A stretch of DNA of 64,000 nt from Albugo candida (Eukaryota), in the NCBI GenBank assembly GCA_040437565.1, contig JBDOQK010000056.1, positions 1-64,000 of the forward strand. The letters run 5' to 3'. A model generated the notes under the pieces. It saw only the letters and a program-made list of their open reading frames with translations. It was not told the DNA's origin and did not search any database. Shown piece after piece: positions 60,750 to 64,000 of this stretch; position 1 is the stretch's first letter; each line of letters opens with the position of its first letter. Made by a program: the position numbers and the translations under genes.

Positions 60750-63700
60750 CTACTTCCGATCCATCGCTGACTGAGGCCTTGTCGTCCTACATGGAAATGA
60801 TGACGGTGTTGCGGTCACTGGACGTATACTTGCTCGTCCGCTCGCTTTCAGCGAGTTCGCTAAAGGTACCCGTTGACTATTGCTGATATGATTAGATTGC
60901 CGATTATCACCGTCTGGAACCTTTATTGCAGCCTCTTTTATTGTCGCCGCTTTCATGATAGTTCGACCATCAAAATCCGGTGACACGACAGAAACCACAC
61001 GACTTTTGGAACCTTGATTGTCACTGCCGGGAGCATACTCCAGCTTGGAAGGCATCGAAGCCGAGTGATGTAATTTTCGAATCATTCGAGCCGCATTGGA
61101 ACTAGAACATTCAGGACGCCTCTCCTCGGAGCCTCCTCCTTCTGTTTGCTCTGATCCAGGGGACATTGGGGTGACTGAAAGTGAAGATCTTTTTTGAGAA
61201 TCATCCTTTTTTATAAGCTTCATGTTACGAGATAGACTGCGTTCACGTGAGTGATATTCTTCGAGCTTCTGCTTCAGAGTCTTGCATTTCTTTTTCGCTT
61301 CATTAAGGTCTGTCATAAGCGTTGTGTTCTGAAACGTTAATGTTGCGGAAAGCTGGGATTTTTCTTTCCGGATAAGCTCGAGCTGATGATGTAATTGCAT
61401 TTTGTTTCGTAGAAGAGATTCGTTCTGTCGTTCGATTTCACTTTGAATAGAAGCATCTTCTACTTTGCCTTCCATCTCGGATTTTTGCTGACTTTGGTGC
61501 TTTCCTGTTTCGTTTTCATGTTGGATAGAAGATGCTGTCAAATTCTCCCACCTTTTTGCCCACCGCCTATAGAGTAGCTGCAAATTATGACGCAGTGTCG
61601 AATCTTTGGTTGGCATTTTCTCTATTGCGGTATGCTCTATCAAACTCTTCTCTCGCCCCACCTGAAACGATGATCCTTTACTTCTCGTAAGATTGGACCC
61701 CCTTGTCACGGGCTGAATAAGTAGCTGCTCAAGCTCCTCCAAAATCGTTCGTCCGAAAGTCTGCAACCGATCGATACGTCTTTGGGTGATTCTAGAATCA
61801 TTTTCATACTTCTTTATCTTGGCTTTTTGTACGAAGCATAAATTATCATTGAATTGTGCTAAAAGGCTCATCTCTTGATGTGCTGCGTGAAGTTGCGTCA
61901 TATGCTGTTTCACCACTTGTGTCTCATTTTCTTTCGGTATCAGCTGAGATTTCAACAATAGTGCTTGGGATTGGTGAACAGTATTTAGTCGTTTCAGCTG
62001 ATTTAGTGCCTCTCTTTGCTCATTTGCTATCGCCTCGAGACTGACGTTGCTTCGTCGAAGTCTCAATATTTCTTCCTCTTGTTGTTTGAGTGATACCTTC
62101 AGGCGCTTTATTTTTTCTTGATATACAGAAGTTTTGGATTGAACTTGGCTGATTTCTTCATCCTTTTGTGCCAAAGCCTGCAAAAGAAGTTTTAGTTCTT
62201 GGTTCAGACCAGCCACTTGTCCTTGAACAGTGGTAAGCGATTGCTGTGCTTCCTTCTTGTTTGTTTCTATCGACCCAGAGAGCTGGAAGAGATGGCGTAG
62301 ATGATCTTCATCAACTTGTTCTAGTGCTTCTTTCAATGATTGATGAGCATTGGCCAACTCTTTTGTAAGCTTCATTTTTTCCGATTCAAATTTCGTATTC
62401 TCTAGATATAGTTGCTCTTCGAAGTTTTTCTTTAGCTGTTCCATGCGAGTCGCAGCTGTTCTTTCTTCCTCCTGTCTCTGTGATTGAGCCTTTTGAAGTT
62501 CACTACGACACAGTAAAATCTCATTCTGATACTCTATAATGGAGGAGCGATATTGTATTCGATCGTTTTTCGCTTTTACGGACAGGTTTTGTATTAAAGC
62601 ATCATTTTCCGCTTTCGCTTCCTCCGCAGCATCACGTAATTTCACACGCCAAAGATCTTCTTGCAATGCTGCTTTCTCTTCTTCAGTACGTTTCTCTTGG
62701 TCTAAGGTCAGCTGAAAACTGGATTTCTGGTCGACAAGTTCTGCCTGGAGTCTTTCAGACTCTGACCGGAATTGATGTAAATGCACTTCTAGCTCCTCAT
62801 ATGTGAATCTCTCCTTCTCAATGAGTCGTCGTTCATACAATCCTACATCCACTACGTCTTGTAGAGCTTTGAAGGATAAGTTTTTATGGTTCGATTCTTT
62901 GACGTCTGTCTTGCCATTTATTTCTTTGGAACCGCCGTTGACGCGAATGTTGCAAATAACAATGACTCCCGAAGCAGTACTGGTGATGAGCTGTGACCCT
63001 CCCGTACTTACAGCAAAAATAAGACTTGTGATCGGCACGGTATGAAGATCAATACGATGTGATAATGTGACACGCATCGATGCACGCTGAAAGACGTTAT
63101 TGCAGATAGGCTGCCCAGTTCTCATCAAATACCATTGCAATATAAGTATCTCGCCACGAGACGTACCAGCATATAATAATTGATGAGAGCCGCTATCCAA
63201 AGCGGTCAGATTGTACGGTAGGAGCAAACCTAATTCTCCAGCATCGAGGCTACCTAATGGTCGACTATGTTTTCCTTGTTGCGCGGTGAGCTGGTCGCTT
63301 GAGAAATCAAATGCGACTTCATTGTATAAATCCGTGTAGATCCATGCACGGATCCGTGTTTGTCGTATACTTTTAATACTCTGCCTTGTCATGCTGGAAT
63401 TTGAAATGATAAGCTTCTCGAGTACAAAAAGAACATAAAATGGTTGCTCGAGCCCGGGTTCACGAGAAAATTGATCGGCAGCACTCAATGTCACAGCCGA
63501 GAATTCATTACTTTCATCACTTGTATCGACTGTCACTATTGATGGGAGCGACTTCGAGCACGTCTTGGACCATCCCACTTCATGGGAGATGAGGATGAGA
63601 GATTCTGAGTCGAGCGCAATATGTACAGAAGAAAGTTTTGCACCATTATCTCCAATAAAGAGAAAGGAAGTATCATTAGGATGCCACATACATTGTGAAA

Positions 63701-63968
63701 TTCTGGCTTTCGAGGTATCAATAATTGTTATGATCTGAGGAGTTTGTTTGTTGCGTTGGTAGTTGCGATACACGTAAATACCGCAAGGCTCTAAATGAAG
63801 CGTCAAGGCACAAAGAAATAATGACCCGCTTGTATTGTAGACCACCTGTGAGATATAAGAGCTTCCAACTTCACTATCGATAATGGTGGCCTCGTAATTG
63901 AGTCGTAGTGCGTCATTGACAATCAGATAGATGTAAATTCTGCAATTGACCCCAACTAGGACCTCCAA
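60750..63968 (-). CDS. WD40 + long coiled-coil protein, CFAP57/WDR65-like; 5' end probably outside the window
   Basis: WD-like segments (LYAGTSRGEILI, HTVPITSL..LITSTASGVIVI) followed by ~600 aa of coiled coil including LKSQLIPKENE and EIERQNESL. Confidence 0.65.
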   Translation of the reverse strand: MEVLVGVNCRIYIYLIVNDALRLNYEATIIDSEVGSSYISQVVYNTSGSLFLCALTLHLEPCGIYVYRNYQRNKQTPQIITIIDTSKARISQCMWHPNDTSFLFIGDNGAKLSSVHIALDSESLILISHEVGWSKTCSKSLPSIVTVDTSDESNEFSAVTLSAADQFSREPGLEQPFYVLFVLEKLIISNSSMTRQSIKSIRQTRIRAWIYTDLYNEVAFDFSSDQLTAQQGKHSRPLGSLDAGELGLLLPYNLTALDSGSHQLLYAGTSRGEILILQWYLMRTGQPICNNVFQRASMRVTLSHRIDLHTVPITSLIFAVSTGGSQLITSTASGVIVICNIRVNGGSKEINGKTDVKESNHKNLSFKALQDVVDVGLYERRLIEKERFTYEELEVHLHQFRSESERLQAELVDQKSSFQLTLDQEKRTEEEKAALQEDLWRVKLRDAAEEAKAENDALIQNLSVKAKNDRIQYRSSIIEYQNEILLCRSELQKAQSQRQEEERTAATRMEQLKKNFEEQLYLENTKFESEKMKLTKELANAHQSLKEALEQVDEDHLRHLFQLSGSIETNKKEAQQSLTTVQGQVAGLNQELKLLLQALAQKDEEISQVQSKTSVYQEKIKRLKVSLKQQEEEILRLRRSNVSLEAIANEQREALNQLKRLNTVHQSQALLLKSQLIPKENETQVVKQHMTQLHAAHQEMSLLAQFNDNLCFVQKAKIKKYENDSRITQRRIDRLQTFGRTILEELEQLLIQPVTRGSNLTRSKGSSFQVGREKSLIEHTAIEKMPTKDSTLRHNLQLLYRRWAKRWENLTASSIQHENETGKHQSQQKSEMEGKVEDASIQSEIERQNESLLRNKMQLHHQLELIRKEKSQLSATLTFQNTTLMTDLNEAKKKCKTLKQKLEEYHSRERSLSRNMKLIKKDDSQKRSSLSVTPMSPGSEQTEGGGSEERRPECSSSNAARMIRKLHHSASMPSKLEYAPGSDNQGSKSRVVSVVSPDFDGRTIMKAATIKEAAIKVPDGDNRQSNHISNSQRVPLANSLKASGRASIRPVTATPSSFPCRTTRPQSAMDRK

Positions 63969-64000
63969 TCCCGATGGATGGATATCCAGATATTTTCCTC

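Noticed and set aside
1-64000. CRISPR arrays, tRNA/rRNA genes, prokaryotic operons
   Set aside because: No repeat-spacer arrays or recognisable structural RNA genes seen; sequence is eukaryotic with spliceosomal introns.

Overview
Eukaryotic draft-assembly window, most likely from a flagellated oomycete (Albugo-like; inference from ~55-65 nt GT-AG introns, oomycete-type copia/LINE relics, PACRG and a CFAP57-like gene). It has three zones. (1) 1-19 kb is gene-sparse: a ~590-bp tandem repeat family, a decayed copia element, a decayed L1/Tx1-like LINE, a MITE and a FYVE pseudogene. Its one intact gene encodes a 764-aa secreted protein made of 16 ~38-aa modules in a 4-module higher-order repeat, the best candidate for something new. 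(2) 19-44.6 kb is gene-dense: secreted FGE-fold protein, RWP-RK+MYB factor, COX5B, TRAPPC10, TBCA, FKBP15-like, CAF-1 large subunit, TPR protein and DUF726 hydrolase. (3) 44.7-58.3 kb is a transposon nest (MULE carrying an OTU protease, copia inside copia, a 108-bp hAT-type MITE), followed by the ciliary genes PACRG and CFAP57-like. Most 100-N gaps are flanked by identical overlaps that are assembly artefacts. Family assignments come from motif recognition by eye, not from database searches.
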